From Stegostoma tigrinum (Eukaryota): a DNA stretch of 64,000 bases. Shown here one piece after another: positions 1 to 11,189 of this stretch. The notes beneath the pieces were generated by a model. That model saw only the letters and a program-made list of their open reading frames with translations. It was not told where the DNA came from and ran no database searches. Location: positions 24,868,827-24,932,826 of the forward strand of contig NC_081386.1 of NCBI RefSeq assembly GCF_030684315.1. Reading direction: 5' to 3'. The stretch's first letter is position 1. Each line of letters opens with the position of its first letter. The translations under genes were made by a program, and so were the position numbers.

Positions 1-480
1 CATATCTGGCCTGAGGATGTTCATCAGATTAATTTTAATTTGTATTTTACAAAACTCCTTGCCCTGAAATTGTAACCTTTTACTTACTGATAAAGCATTA
101 ATTATGCACTGCAGTGGGCTTTGTCTGCTCAGCAACGGATTTCAACTAAAATAAAGAATACAGTAACTTAATACTACTGGCAGGTCCAATCATCCAAAAG
201 AATTTCTTATTATGTAATGGTCATCCTCGTATGATCTACTCTTCATGTTGAGCAGTGACCTTTCTGTTGCTATGGGCAATGTGTGCATTCAAAGAGAATG
301 GTTCCTTTGCTTCTTCATTGCCTTTAGAATTGTTTCTGAAGTTTTCCATGGCAAAATACCAATGCATTTTCATGGACAGGCAAACATTTGAAGTGTCTTA
401 TTCCTCTGGCATCACTGAGAGAGGAAAGGAAACTAATTTAGGGTAAGAATAGTTAAAATTATTAAGCTCAAATAAGGCCG

Positions 481-910
481 CAAGAAATAGGAACAGCAGT
501 ACGCCATATGGCCCCTCACATCTGCTCCACCATTTAATAGAATCATGCCTGACCTGATAACATTCCTCATGACCAAACCTCTACCCTTTATCCATAACCC
601 TTAATTCTCCTACTGATTAAGAAACTATCCATCTCAACCTTAAATACACACGAGGACTCTGCCCCACAGCTCATTGTGCAAGAAAATACAAAGAGTCACA
701 ACCGTGTGAGATGAAAAATTCTTCATTTCAGTCTTAAATTGACATCTGTTTTTTCTGAGACTATACCCTCTGGTCCTTGATTCAACATGAGGGAAACAGC
801 CACTCAGCGTTTAACTCTGTCAAGTCCTTTAAGAATCCCACACATTTCAATGAGAACACCTCTCACTCTTGTAAACTCCAGCGAATAGAATCCAAACTTG
901 TTTAGGATAT
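481..910 (-). mobile_element. Degraded CR1-type LINE 3' fragment
   Basis: The minus-strand ORF 804-1142 ends ...LNKFGFYSLEFTRVRGVLIEMCGILKGLDRV, resembling the CR1 ORF2 C-terminus (LFSLERRRLRGDLIETYKIIRGLDRVD). A CR1-like 3' UTR follows. Confidence 0.65.
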
Positions 911-1584
911 TCTCATTTGATAATTTGATATTTTCTTTGGCGGGGGGAAATGGGCTGGCCACTGGGGTTTTGACTGTTGAAACATATATCTCAGGAGAGG
1001 ACAGTGGAGAGCCTACTGCACCCTGAGTTTGAAAACAAATTATGATCCCAGTTGATGTTACTACTGGAGAAGTCAGATCCCAGACCAAAAGCTGGCTTAA
1101 TAGATCAAATTTATTAACAAGGTGCCTTTCACTGAAACACAAGCACGCAATACATCAAATCCAGTTTCAGCAATAAAATTATGCAAAGTACATTGCTATA
1201 ACAACGAAGAAATTTAGCTTGACGTAATCAGTGCAAGATGAAAAGCTTCAACAAAATAGGTCTTTCTTCAGCAACAGTCAAGCTCTGCACTACTAAGCTG
1301 CTATTTAAAGTATTTAAAGTTAAGGGAGATACATGGTCTGCCATGTCTCAGAAGGACTTTTCTCATGCAATCTATTGCTCTTCACCTCATTAGGTATGCA
1401 ACTGGGCTCTTAAGAGCCTTTCTCGGGGAACTGCATGATTTGAGTTGTGGATGTGCTTGCTATTAGTAGGACCTACCAACATTCATGCATTGGCACCATA
1501 TTTAAGGTCTGGCCACGTACCATTTCAGATGTTACAAGCCAGAAGCTGCCCCTCAAACTGTGCTGGACCAGCTTGTCTCTTCAA

Positions 1585-1795
1585 AATATGGCCCAGATGA
1601 AAGGAAAGCTCTTGAAATCCTTTGCAGACAATAAACTAGAGGTGTGGGTGGATGGATTGATGGAAAGGAGAACATAACTTTCTCCAGCAGACTGTGACAC
1701 CAGACCAAGCTAGCCTGGACCCAAATTGCAGCGCATTGGGTCAGTGCAGTGCTCTAGTTGAAGCAGAATGACTTGCAATGCAGGAAATGGGCAGT
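1585..1795 (+). pseudogene. Decayed Myb/SANT-like domain, probably a PIF/Harbinger transposon relic
   Basis: Broken translation reads KSFADNKLEVWVDGLMERRT...QTKLAWTQIAA..VSAV...QCRKW, which fits the Myb/SANT-like pattern F..E.E.LV..V..R..L....W..IA..VS......QCRKW. Stops and frameshifts are present. Confidence 0.4.
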
Positions 1796-2176
1796 TATCT
1801 CAGTGAAGGCAAGTGTAAGTGCCACCATCTTCTTTTAGGTACCTCACACTCATAGATCTGCATTTCACTCAAAATTTGCCATTACACATACATCTCACCA
1901 ATGTTCATAGACTACAGCTGTCATTATTTCATGCATCATGTGCAATCAATAGTTCTCTTCTACCCCAGCCTCTCAAATGACTAGCTCTTCCTACCGTCAG
2001 TGATTCATTCTCATTCCCTCGGGACATCCCACCACCTCTCCTGTACCTGCATTGCCAGTGACTGCTCTTGCATCCATTGCCATGGTACTGAGTCCCTCCC
2101 TTCATCTCATTGCAGGAAAATTTAATTCACCCACCCTGGATTGACATCTCCATAGATCTACCTAGAATCTAGGGAT

Positions 2177-2660
2177 TCTGGTGACTGATGAACTGATGGC
2201 AGCTGGGAAAATGTTGGCTTATATGCAGGAAATAAGGAGGGGAATAGGGTAGGCAGTAAATGATAGGATAGAGCCCAAAGAGTGAAAAGAGCAGTTGGTT
2301 AGACAAAGGAGTTGATAACGATCTGCCTAGGAAGGTGAATGCTGTTAATGGGGACTGTTAGTGACTAACAATAGGTAGTGCGGAATGGCAGGGTGTGTGA
2401 TAACAAGGCCTGGTGTGTGAAGTAGGGGGCTGGGACATGGGAGAGTTCAGGCCCTAAAATTATTGAACTCGATATTGAGTCCGAAGGGCTGCAAGGTCCC
2501 CAAGTTGAAAATGAGGTGTTGTTCTTTTAGCTTACATTGAGCTTTACTGGAACACTGCAAAAAGATAGATACAAGGATGTTGGCCAGGGAACAGAATGGT
2601 GTGTTAAAGTGGAAGGCAACAGGTAGTTCAGGGTTGTTTTTGTGAGCAGAGTGTAGATGT
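2177..2660 (-). repeat. 484-bp inverted copy of 3851-4334 (Penelope 3' end)
   Basis: Its reverse complement matches 3851-4334 with about 3 mismatches seen by eye. It is flanked by a direct repeat, TACCTAGAATC, at 2159-2169 and 2660-2670. Confidence 0.9.
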
Positions 2661-2859
2661 ACCTAGAATCCCTGACCTTGTTGCACTTGACCTGCGTCAC
2701 TAAGCATAGTTTAATTCTGGACTGCAAGAAGAGGGATCCGCAGATTCTGGAAGGACCAAGTGCCTGATGGACCTGATGGTAAGGGTGAGGACGAGCTCGA
2801 CCAAGTGGAGGACGGTGGTGGTTGGTACGAATGGTTCAGATGTATGCTCCAGGAAGAAG

Positions 2860-4450
2860 CGGAGACTCCTAACACGCTCACCAACTTAATTCCTCTCATT
2901 TTCTTCAGGTCATTGGGGTGGCCATGGATAGCTGCACAGGCCCCAGTTATGCCTGTCTGTTCATGGGGTACATGGAAAATTCCTTGTTTCAGTCTTATTC
3001 CAGGCTCTATCCACAACTCTTTGTCCAATATATCGATGATATCATCTGTGCTGCTTCTGTTCCTCGTCCGGAATTGGAAAAGTTAATTGATTTTGCCTCC
3101 AATTTGCGTTCTGCCCTCACTTTCACCTGGCCTATCTCTGACTCCTCCATTCCCTTCCACTACATCTCTGTTTCCATTTCTGGGGATAGGCTGGCCACTA
3201 ATATCTACTACAAACTCACTGACTCCCACAGCTACCTGGGCTATACATCCTCGCACCCCACTTTCTGTAAAGACTCCATCCCATTCTTGCAGTTCCTCCA
3301 TCTCCATCGTATATGCTCAGAAGATGCTACCTTTGACAAGGGAGTCTCAGAAATGTCCACCTTCTCCTTCAACCAAGGATTCCCCAGCACTGTTGTCGAC
3401 AGTGCCCTCAACTCTTCTGATTGATCTCCAATACTTCCACCCTCACCCCTTTTCATCCCTCCTGCAACAGCGATAGGTTTCACCTTGTCATTACCTACCA
3501 CCCTATCGGCATCCACATCCAGAAGAACATCAGATGTCATTCCTGCCACCTCCAGTAAGATGCCACCGCCAGACACGTATTCCCTCTTCTCCCTTGTCCG
3601 CCTTCTGCTGGGATCGTTCCCTCTGAGGCACCCGGGCCCACTCTTCCTTCACTCCCCACAGCCCCATGGCACCTTTCACCGCAACTGGCAAAGATGTAAC
3701 ACCTGTCCATTTATTTACCTCCTCTCTCCTCACTATCCAAGGACTCAAACCTACCTTCCAGGTGAAGGAACACTTCGCTTTAGCTGCTCACAATGTGGTC
3801 TCTTCTACATTGGGGTAAATGAAACACAGACTGAGTGACGGCCTCTCAGAACATCTACGCTCTGCTCACAAAAACAACCCTGAACTACCTGTTGCCTTCC
3901 ACTTTAACACACCATTCTGTTCCCTGGCCAACATCCTTGTATCTATCTTTTTGCAGTGTTCCAGTAAAGCTCAATGTAAGCTAAAAGAACAACACCTCAT
4001 TTTCAACTTGGGGACCTTGCAGCCCTTCGGACTCAATATCGAGTTCAATAATTTTAGGGCCTGAACTCTCCCATGTCCCAGCCCCCTACTTCACACACCA
4101 GGCCTTGTTATCACACACCCTGCCATTCCACACTACCTATTGTTAGTCACTAACAGTCCCCATTAACAGCATTCACCTTCCTAGGCAGATCGTTATCAAC
4201 TCCTTTGTCTAACCAACTGCTCTTTTCACTCTTTGGGCTCTATCCTATCATTTACTGCCTACCCTATTCCCCTCCTTATTTCCTGCATATAAGCCAACAT
4301 TTTCCCAGCTGCCATCAGTTCTTCAGTCACCAGACCTGAAATGTTAACTTTGATTTTTTCTTCACAGATGCTGCCAGACCTGCTGAGATTCCAGCAACTT
4401 CTGTTTTTGTTCCTGATTTATAGTATCCACAGTCCGTTCCGTTTTTATTT
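2860..4450 (+). mobile_element. Degraded Penelope-like element (RT + GIY-YIG endonuclease fragments, 3' terminal repeat)
   Basis: The RT fragment reads GVAM..GPSYACLFMGY...YIDD (2918-3424). The GIY-YIG fragments read CSQCGLFYIG and HRLSDGLSEHLRS...GLNIEF. Multiple stops and frameshifts are present. Confidence 0.85.
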
Positions 4451-4779
4451 ATGATCAGTTGAATGTCAGTTCTAAACAGTAATGAAAAACTGATGCTAAG
4501 TGCAGAATATTCCTTGTCTTTGCAGCAATAAACTGAAGGACGCATGGTTCTAAGAATTAACATTTTGTTTTGTTTTGCCCAACATTTTTATACATTTCAA
4601 TGGTTTTTGGCACCTCATGATGTAGCACTACGTAGAGCCCACAGCAGTGTCATTGAAAACAGTTGATAATGCCTGTTGCACATTAAAGTCTTTCAGTAAT
4701 CAAAATTTAGTTTCAACCTATCAGAATATGACCAACACAACAAAGTAACCAATTTAATCTTCCACAGGATGTGTAACTG

Positions 4780-5125
4780 ACAAGGCCATTAATTGTTGCT
4801 CATCCCCAGTTGCCCTTGAACTGAATAGCTTGTTAGACCATTTCAGAACTTAGTTAACAGTCAAATACTTTTCTTCAGTTTTGCGGTCACATGTAGATCA
4901 GTCCAGTAGGGTCGGCAGATTTCCTTCCCTACAGGATATGAGATGGGTTTTTGTGCAAATCAAAGACAGTTTCAAGATATTGATATTGGCTTTCAATTTT
5001 AAACATTGGAAATTACATCAGGAACTGTTGTTGGATTTGAACATGTCATCAGGACATTAGACTGGTAAGGCTCATATGCCTCTAGTTTAGTAGACCTGTA
5101 ACATTACAATGATGTCATCATCTCA
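4780..5125. repeat. Shark SINE-like interspersed repeat (related copies about 43195-43620, 43940-44140, 48890-49020, 62865-62950)
   Basis: The motifs ggccagcatttattgcccatccc...gtcacatgtaggccagacc...ttccttcccta recur at several places in the window. Confidence 0.55.
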
Positions 5126-5484
5126 GATCCCACACATCCCACTGGATATGGTTAATCTTGCAAGCATGTTGACTGCCCGATGAATGAGTGAATGGATTGA
5201 ATTTAGAAGGAAAGGACTTCTCTACTCAGGTCTTCTCAGGGCACCTCAGCAGTTCCATGTTCTTGTTTAATGTTTTTTTCATTACAAGTTACCTAATTTG
5301 AGAACAAATTTTGAATAACACTCATATTATGTTCTTCATGATGTAAACACAGAATTTCTCTGCTACCATCTATTCAAAGGACTGCTGTTTTCAAACATAA
5401 GCCAAAAAATGTAAGACTTTGCCAAAAGACAGCCACATGCTGTCTATACAAGAATGTCCCTTACACAATTCAAAAGCATAAATT

Positions 5485-7098
5485 TCAGTGAGTTTTTTGT
5501 TTTCTCTTCCAAGCGATTTTACATAAATTCTTCAATAGTAGGACTGCCACCACTGCAATCATAATGAACAGTGACAGCAGGAAGATCATCACATCTACAC
5601 TATAGTAAATGTACCAGGGGAGTTGGTAAGACTCCGAGCGTAAATGTGCTGCCCCTTTGTGTCGAGCAACATACTCAATCCAGAAAATAGCTCTCTCCAT
5701 CGGAGTCTCGGGTTGGTCTCTGTGCAGTGCAGAGAGTTTTTGCATGTTCTCCCGATAAGAGGTGTTATGTATAACCTCATTCAGTGCCTGCAATAGATCT
5801 GTTGACCGCATGGTTGCAACATTAATCACTTTTGCTGCACCTCGGATTTCAAGTCGGAGTAAATTATCAAACTGGTCAAAAATCAATGGCATTCCAACTA
5901 CTGGCACCCCATGATAGATGGCTTCATAAACTCCATTGGTGCCACCGTGAGCAATAAAGGCTCGTGTCTTTGGGTGCCCGAGTAGATCATTCTGAGGGAT
6001 CCATTTTGCCAGTAGTGTATTATTTCCTATGTTGGGAGGGATATTTCCATCATATCTCCAGATAACTTTCTGAGGTACTTGAGCAAAGGCCTCTGCTATT
6101 TGCATTGTAATATGCATTGGCAAAGAGCTAACAATGGTCCCCAGTGACATGACAATAATCCCATGTTCCCCTGAGGACTGGACAAATTCTGCAAACTCTA
6201 GAGGTAAAGGCTTGGATGGTTTACACTGGAATCCTCCGATATAAACAATATTTGGCATGGTGGGTCTCGGGAATTCAAATGTAAAATCTATTCTCATCAG
6301 CCATACATCTGCCCTTTGAAGAATAGTCTCGATGTGTATGTCTGGGCCCAGATAACGATGGCAGAGTTCATTGTAAATTGGGTGAACAATAAATTCTGTA
6401 ACCCATAGTTGAACATGACTTATGATGACATTTTGTGTTCTTTGGAGAAAACTCATTTTATCTGTCAATCGTGAGCCAAGGATTGGCACATAGGACAGTG
6501 GTGATGGGGCAATTCGAAAATGAGCTTCTCCACTGCTAAGTGAACGAACATTATATACCAAGGGGAGTTTTAAATAATATGCCAGCATTGCACCTGTTGC
6601 AAAAACGGGATCAGTGAGTATTAAGTCAAAGTTTGCACTTCCAAGTCGTTTTAACAAAGTTTTGTTTTCAAAAACTGCAGTGTTAAATTCTTTAGCCCAA
6701 CTATGACACATGTGCAGAAATGCAGACACATCATATTGGAACTTCACAAAAGTCCATAATGTTGATTCATTCTTCATGGCTTCTAGTATATTTTGTACAA
6801 ATTGTGCTATAAATTCTTCATTTGAACTTTGTTTAAGGAATCCTTGCATTTCAACCACAATGGATTGATATAGATCTGGCCTTTCTTTGATGTACCAAGA
6901 TGTTGAGAAAAATAGCACACTGATATCATGACCATGAAGTTTCAGCTCTTCGATTAGAATTTTCATATTGACCCAATGACTACCTTCAATCGGAACAACC
7001 AAAATATTAGCGCCATCGTTAATTGGACATGATAGGATGATAATGATACTCAGAACGTACGCGACCTGGAACCTATTTTTCCATTCAAGACACTCCAT
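5485..7098 (-). CDS. UDP-glucuronosyltransferase with single coding exon (UGT5-like), copy A, 537 aa
   Basis: It has a signal peptide, catalytic His (GSHW), Asp (LTDP), the UGT signature WIPQNDLLGHPKTRAFIAHGGTNGVYEAIYHGVPVVGMPLIFDQ, a C-terminal TM helix and a KxKxx ER-retrieval motif (KQKTH). The ORF is uninterrupted. A splice acceptor (ttttcaacAG, 7123-7124) lies 24 nt upstream of the ATG. Confidence 0.95.
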   Translation of the reverse strand: MECLEWKNRFQVAYVLSIIIILSCPINDGANILVVPIEGSHWVNMKILIEELKLHGHDISVLFFSTSWYIKERPDLYQSIVVEMQGFLKQSSNEEFIAQFVQNILEAMKNESTLWTFVKFQYDVSAFLHMCHSWAKEFNTAVFENKTLLKRLGSANFDLILTDPVFATGAMLAYYLKLPLVYNVRSLSSGEAHFRIAPSPLSYVPILGSRLTDKMSFLQRTQNVIISHVQLWVTEFIVHPIYNELCHRYLGPDIHIETILQRADVWLMRIDFTFEFPRPTMPNIVYIGGFQCKPSKPLPLEFAEFVQSSGEHGIIVMSLGTIVSSLPMHITMQIAEAFAQVPQKVIWRYDGNIPPNIGNNTLLAKWIPQNDLLGHPKTRAFIAHGGTNGVYEAIYHGVPVVGMPLIFDQFDNLLRLEIRGAAKVINVATMRSTDLLQALNEVIHNTSYRENMQKLSALHRDQPETPMERAIFWIEYVARHKGAAHLRSESYQLPWYIYYSVDVMIFLLSLFIMIAVVAVLLLKNLCKIAWKRKQKTH

Positions 7099-9164
7099 GT
7101 TGAGAGCAAATTGCGTCAGATTCTGTTGAAAAGCTCAGAAGAAACACAACATAAATTTAGAAAATATAACATAATATATAGGAGCAGACATAGACTATAA
7201 TGGCCCATAAACTAGCTCTGTCTCTAAATCAGATGGATGAAATATATTAACTCCATTTTTCCCACTAGTTCCCTTGATTTTTAAGTGCCCAAAAGTCTAT
7301 TGATTTCAATCCTGACCATTCTTGATGACTGAAAATCATGAAACTGTATGATAGAGAATTCCTAAGATTCATAACCGTGTATGGAAAGCCTTAACTTCAT
7401 CTGAATAACGGGTGGCTAACCACTTATCTGATGCTATGACCCTGTGTTGCATACCCTCGATAACAGGTTTACATTTCCTTCGGTGGAGAGACCTGAACTA
7501 AACATTGAGTGTGATCTGTCCAATGTAATATAATAATGGCAGCATGTCTTCCTTATTCTTGTATTGCAACTTCCTTCCAAAAAAGTATACTATATCATTT
7601 GCTCAATTGCTTTTGTGCCTGTAGGTTCTTTTTAATGATTTGTATTCTAAGACCCCGAAGCCCCATGAATTGTATTATTTACAATTTCACCTTCTAAAAA
7701 ATATTCTGTTCTCCATACTTCTGCACAAAGTGAATTTTTAGTACAATTATGTCTTTACAGTTCATTGGTTTAATGAAATGTGATCTCTGACTGAATGACA
7801 TCTATAATAACTAAACTTAGGATGCCATAAAGTAGATTGTGATGGACTTGCAGTTGATGAGCAAGGAGCATCCAGTCACAACACAAGATCAGGGAACAGC
7901 AAGTTCTCCAATGCATCAAGGACCAACATTTTCCAGCCCATCTCTTCCAAAATGCAAGTTAGTAAGATATATTGTTATAATTATGGCCCCAGCACTAATC
8001 ACTGTGATACTCCACTAGTTTTAGATTGCCATCTTGAAAATGCTCCCTTCGCTTAACTCTCTATCTTTGATTAGTTTACATACAACAAACATAGAAACAT
8101 ATGAAATAGGGGCAGAAGTAAACTTTTTGTTTCATCAAGCCAACTCCATCATTCAATAAATGATGGCTGATCTGTTAGAGTTTCAAAGTCCCATATTTCC
8201 ATCTGATAACCCTTGATTCCCCTGCCTAACAGGAATCTATCTAACTCTGACTTTAAAATATTTAATGACAACCCTCTCCACAGATATTTCCAAAGTAGCA
8301 CAACTTTCTGGGAGAAAAAATCCTTCTTATCTCAATCATGAAAGGCCAGCCTCCAAATATTTTTATATTAGTCAATAAAATCTTTTTTAAAAGTTTGTCA
8401 AATTTTACTTCAGCCATCTAACTTCTGAGAAACACAACATTGGTATATGTAATCTTCAATCGCAATTTGACCCCTGGAGTTCTGGTATCATTCTTGGTCA
8501 AAGGGCCCATTCAATGGGCTGAAAGGCTTCCATCTGTTCCTAGATCTTATGATCTTATGGCAAATACACATTAATCAAGGCCATTATATCCTTCTGAAGG
8601 TGTGGTGCCCAAAACTGAATGCAGAAAGCCAGGTAATTTGTACTGCTACAGGAAAACTTCTCCGTTCTGATCTGGTTCTCCAGATACAAACACCAACATT
8701 AATCTTTTTAATTATTTCCTGTTCCGGTTTATGACATCTTAAAGTATTATTTTAATTTTAGTTTGTTTTTAAATTAGAATTTTAAAGATACACCTTCCCC
8801 AAATTTTAGGTCATGCAAATCTCTACTGCCTGTTTCTGAACATTTACAAAGTCCTGCTCATCTACCTCTCCTGTGCATACTGTGCTACATTGGTTTTAGT
8901 TGAATAGTGTCTCCGTTTTAAAATTCGTATCATTGTTTTTAAATCTCCTCTCTTTCTTTGTGACAACCTCCACCGTCTGACCTTGATTTCTACTAAAGTG
9001 ACTCAGTGTGAAACTTTGTTTGATCACTCTTGCAATGTGACTTGAGAAGTTTGATTATGCTAAAGATATTATTGTACATAGCTGCTGTTATCAATGTACC
9101 CACACTTCTATGTCTCTTTGGATATCAACTTTCTTAAAGTTTTGACCAGTTAGAAAGTTTTTAG

Positions 9165-9522
9165 AACATAGAACATAGAACATTACAGCACAGTACAGTC
9201 CCTTCGACCCTTGATGTTGTGCCGACCTGTCATACTGACCTCAAGCCCATCTAACCTACACTATTCCATGTACATCCATATGCTTGTCCAATGACGACTT
9301 AAATGTACCTAAAGTTGACGAATCTACTACCGTTGCAGGCAAAGCAATCCATTCCCTTACTACTCTCTGAGTAAAGAAACTACCTCTGACATCTATCCTA
9401 TATCTTTCACCCCTCAATTTAAAGCTATGCCCCCTCGTGCTCGCCATCACCATCCTAGGAAGAAGGCTCTCCCTATCCACCCTATCTAACCCTCTGATTA
9501 TTTTATATGTTTCAATTAAGTC
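9165..9522 (-). mobile_element. 5'-truncated young CR1 LINE (3' end)
   Basis: Nearly identical to 14504-14850. ORF 9256-9480 reads ...TRGHSFKLRGERYRIDVRGSFFTQRVVREW, and a (TTCTATG)-type tail is present. Confidence 0.9.
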
Positions 9523-9799
9523 TTGGATCTATTCTTTCCAGATCCAAAGAGGGAGACCTCACATTTGCTTACGATGAGATCTCTTTGCCACAGTTTGGTC
9601 ATTAATCCATTAACATTTCCCTTCTTAAAATTTCCATCTACTGTTTTACAATGCCACCTATTTTAGTGTCATCAACAAATTGGGGTGTCTGCTACATGCT
9701 GAGTACTTACGAAATATGGTGAATCATTGAGATACCAACACAGAAGCCCAAGGTCATTGGGCACATCTGCCAGTTTGAAAATCTGTCTACTTTCACTGT

Positions 9800-10140
9800 T
9801 ATAGAGTCATAGAGTCATACACCGCGGACACAGGCTTTTGAGTCCAACTTGCCCATGCTGACCAGCTATCTTAAAACTGATCTAGTCCCATTTGCCAGCA
9901 TTTGGCTCAGATCCCTCTAAACCCTTCCTATTCATCTACCCATCCAGATGCCTTTTCAATTTTGTAATTGTACCAGCCTCCATCACCTCCTATAACTTAT
10001 TCCACACATGCACCAACCTCTGCATGAAGAAGTTGCCCCTTACGTCCCTTTTAAATTTTTCCCCTCTCATCCTAAACCTATGCCCTCTAATTTTGGACGC
10101 CCGTACCCTGGACAAAAGCCGTTGGCTGTTCACGCTATCC
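9800..10140 (-). mobile_element. CR1 LINE 3' fragment (older family)
   Basis: ORF 9990-10199 reads KIRGHRFRMRGEKFKRDVRGNFFMQRLVHVWNKL, with a (ctatgact)n tail. Confidence 0.8.
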
Positions 10141-10359
10141 GTTCTCTGTCTCCTGTTACTCAATAAGCCTTTGAAGCAAGACAGTAAACTGCTTTCCATT
10201 CGATTAGCTACAAATTGAGCTCACACTTTTTTAAAGTGCCTCAAATAACACATATGTATTCTCCTCGTCTACTGTTTTCATGGCAACTAAAAAAAATGCG
10301 AAACAAGAAACCAGCTTGGCGAGCGAACCAACCTCAACTAAAAAATAATTCAATCCTTT

Positions 10360-10485
10360 CTGAGGAAGGGTCACCGGACCTGAAACATTAACTCTGTCTT
10401 TTCCAGATGCCGCCAGATGCTGAGCTTTTCCAGCAACTTTGTTTTTGTTCCTGATTTACAGCATCCAGAGTTCTGTCGGTTTTTA
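10360..10485 (+). mobile_element. Short Penelope-derived non-autonomous element with hammerhead-like core
   Basis: CTGAGGA-agggtcaccggacct-GAAAcattaact followed by the shared ccagatgc..cctgatttacagcatc..gttct tail. Confidence 0.7.
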
Positions 10486-10868
10486 CTTAATAATTCAATC
10501 ATGTTTGCCATTACTAGCTGATCCTTTTGAAATCCTTGCTTATTCTCTTTGATCAACTGGAAGTCAGCAAGATGTCAGAATCTGTCTTCTTTATTATAGA
10601 TCCTAGTAACTTTCCATTATACTTTCCTAGCATATAACACTGGTATTCCTCTCTCATCTTCCTTAAATGGTCTACAATATTTTTCAACCTAAAGGTACAG
10701 TTCCTGGATCTAGAGAATTTTGGGAGGTTATTGTTAGCATGTTTGTACTGTTGTACATAAAGAGTCACTGCTACAAATCTAATCCCAACCTATCTTTCTA
10801 TTTTACCTGGAAGATTACTTTTAACTTGTCGTTTATGAAATGTCTTTGTCAAGACGTTACAACTTTTC

Positions 10869-10976
10869 ACTTACCAAACAAATCACGAGTGCAGCAAGCC
10901 TTGTGTTCCCAGCAACTCTGATATTAACTGAAGTAAGAGTGTTGTATTCTAATCCAACCGTTGAGTTCAAAGTCAA
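10869..10976 (-). promoter_or_regulatory. Candidate non-coding first exon and promoter of UGT copy A (GTAAGT donor + DR1/HNF4-like element)
   Basis: The minus-strand donor TTTG|GTAAGT is at 10869-10874 and AGTTCAAAGTCAA is at 10964-10976. Layout and flanking sequence match the module upstream of UGT copy B. Confidence 0.6.
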
Positions 10977-11189
10977 AGTGAATTTTTGATTGTGTAATAT
11001 TAATCCTTGTACAAACTACCTTATCTACTTTGAAATGATTTTACTATCACCATTGGTAACAAAAAATTCAAAAGGATTATTTTCTTTAAGTCATCACTGC
11101 CTTTAGAATTAAACCATAGTTTCCGAATTCCTCTGTGGCTTATTTTCATGAAAGTACCAATACAGCTTAATACAAGAACAAACTTTTTA

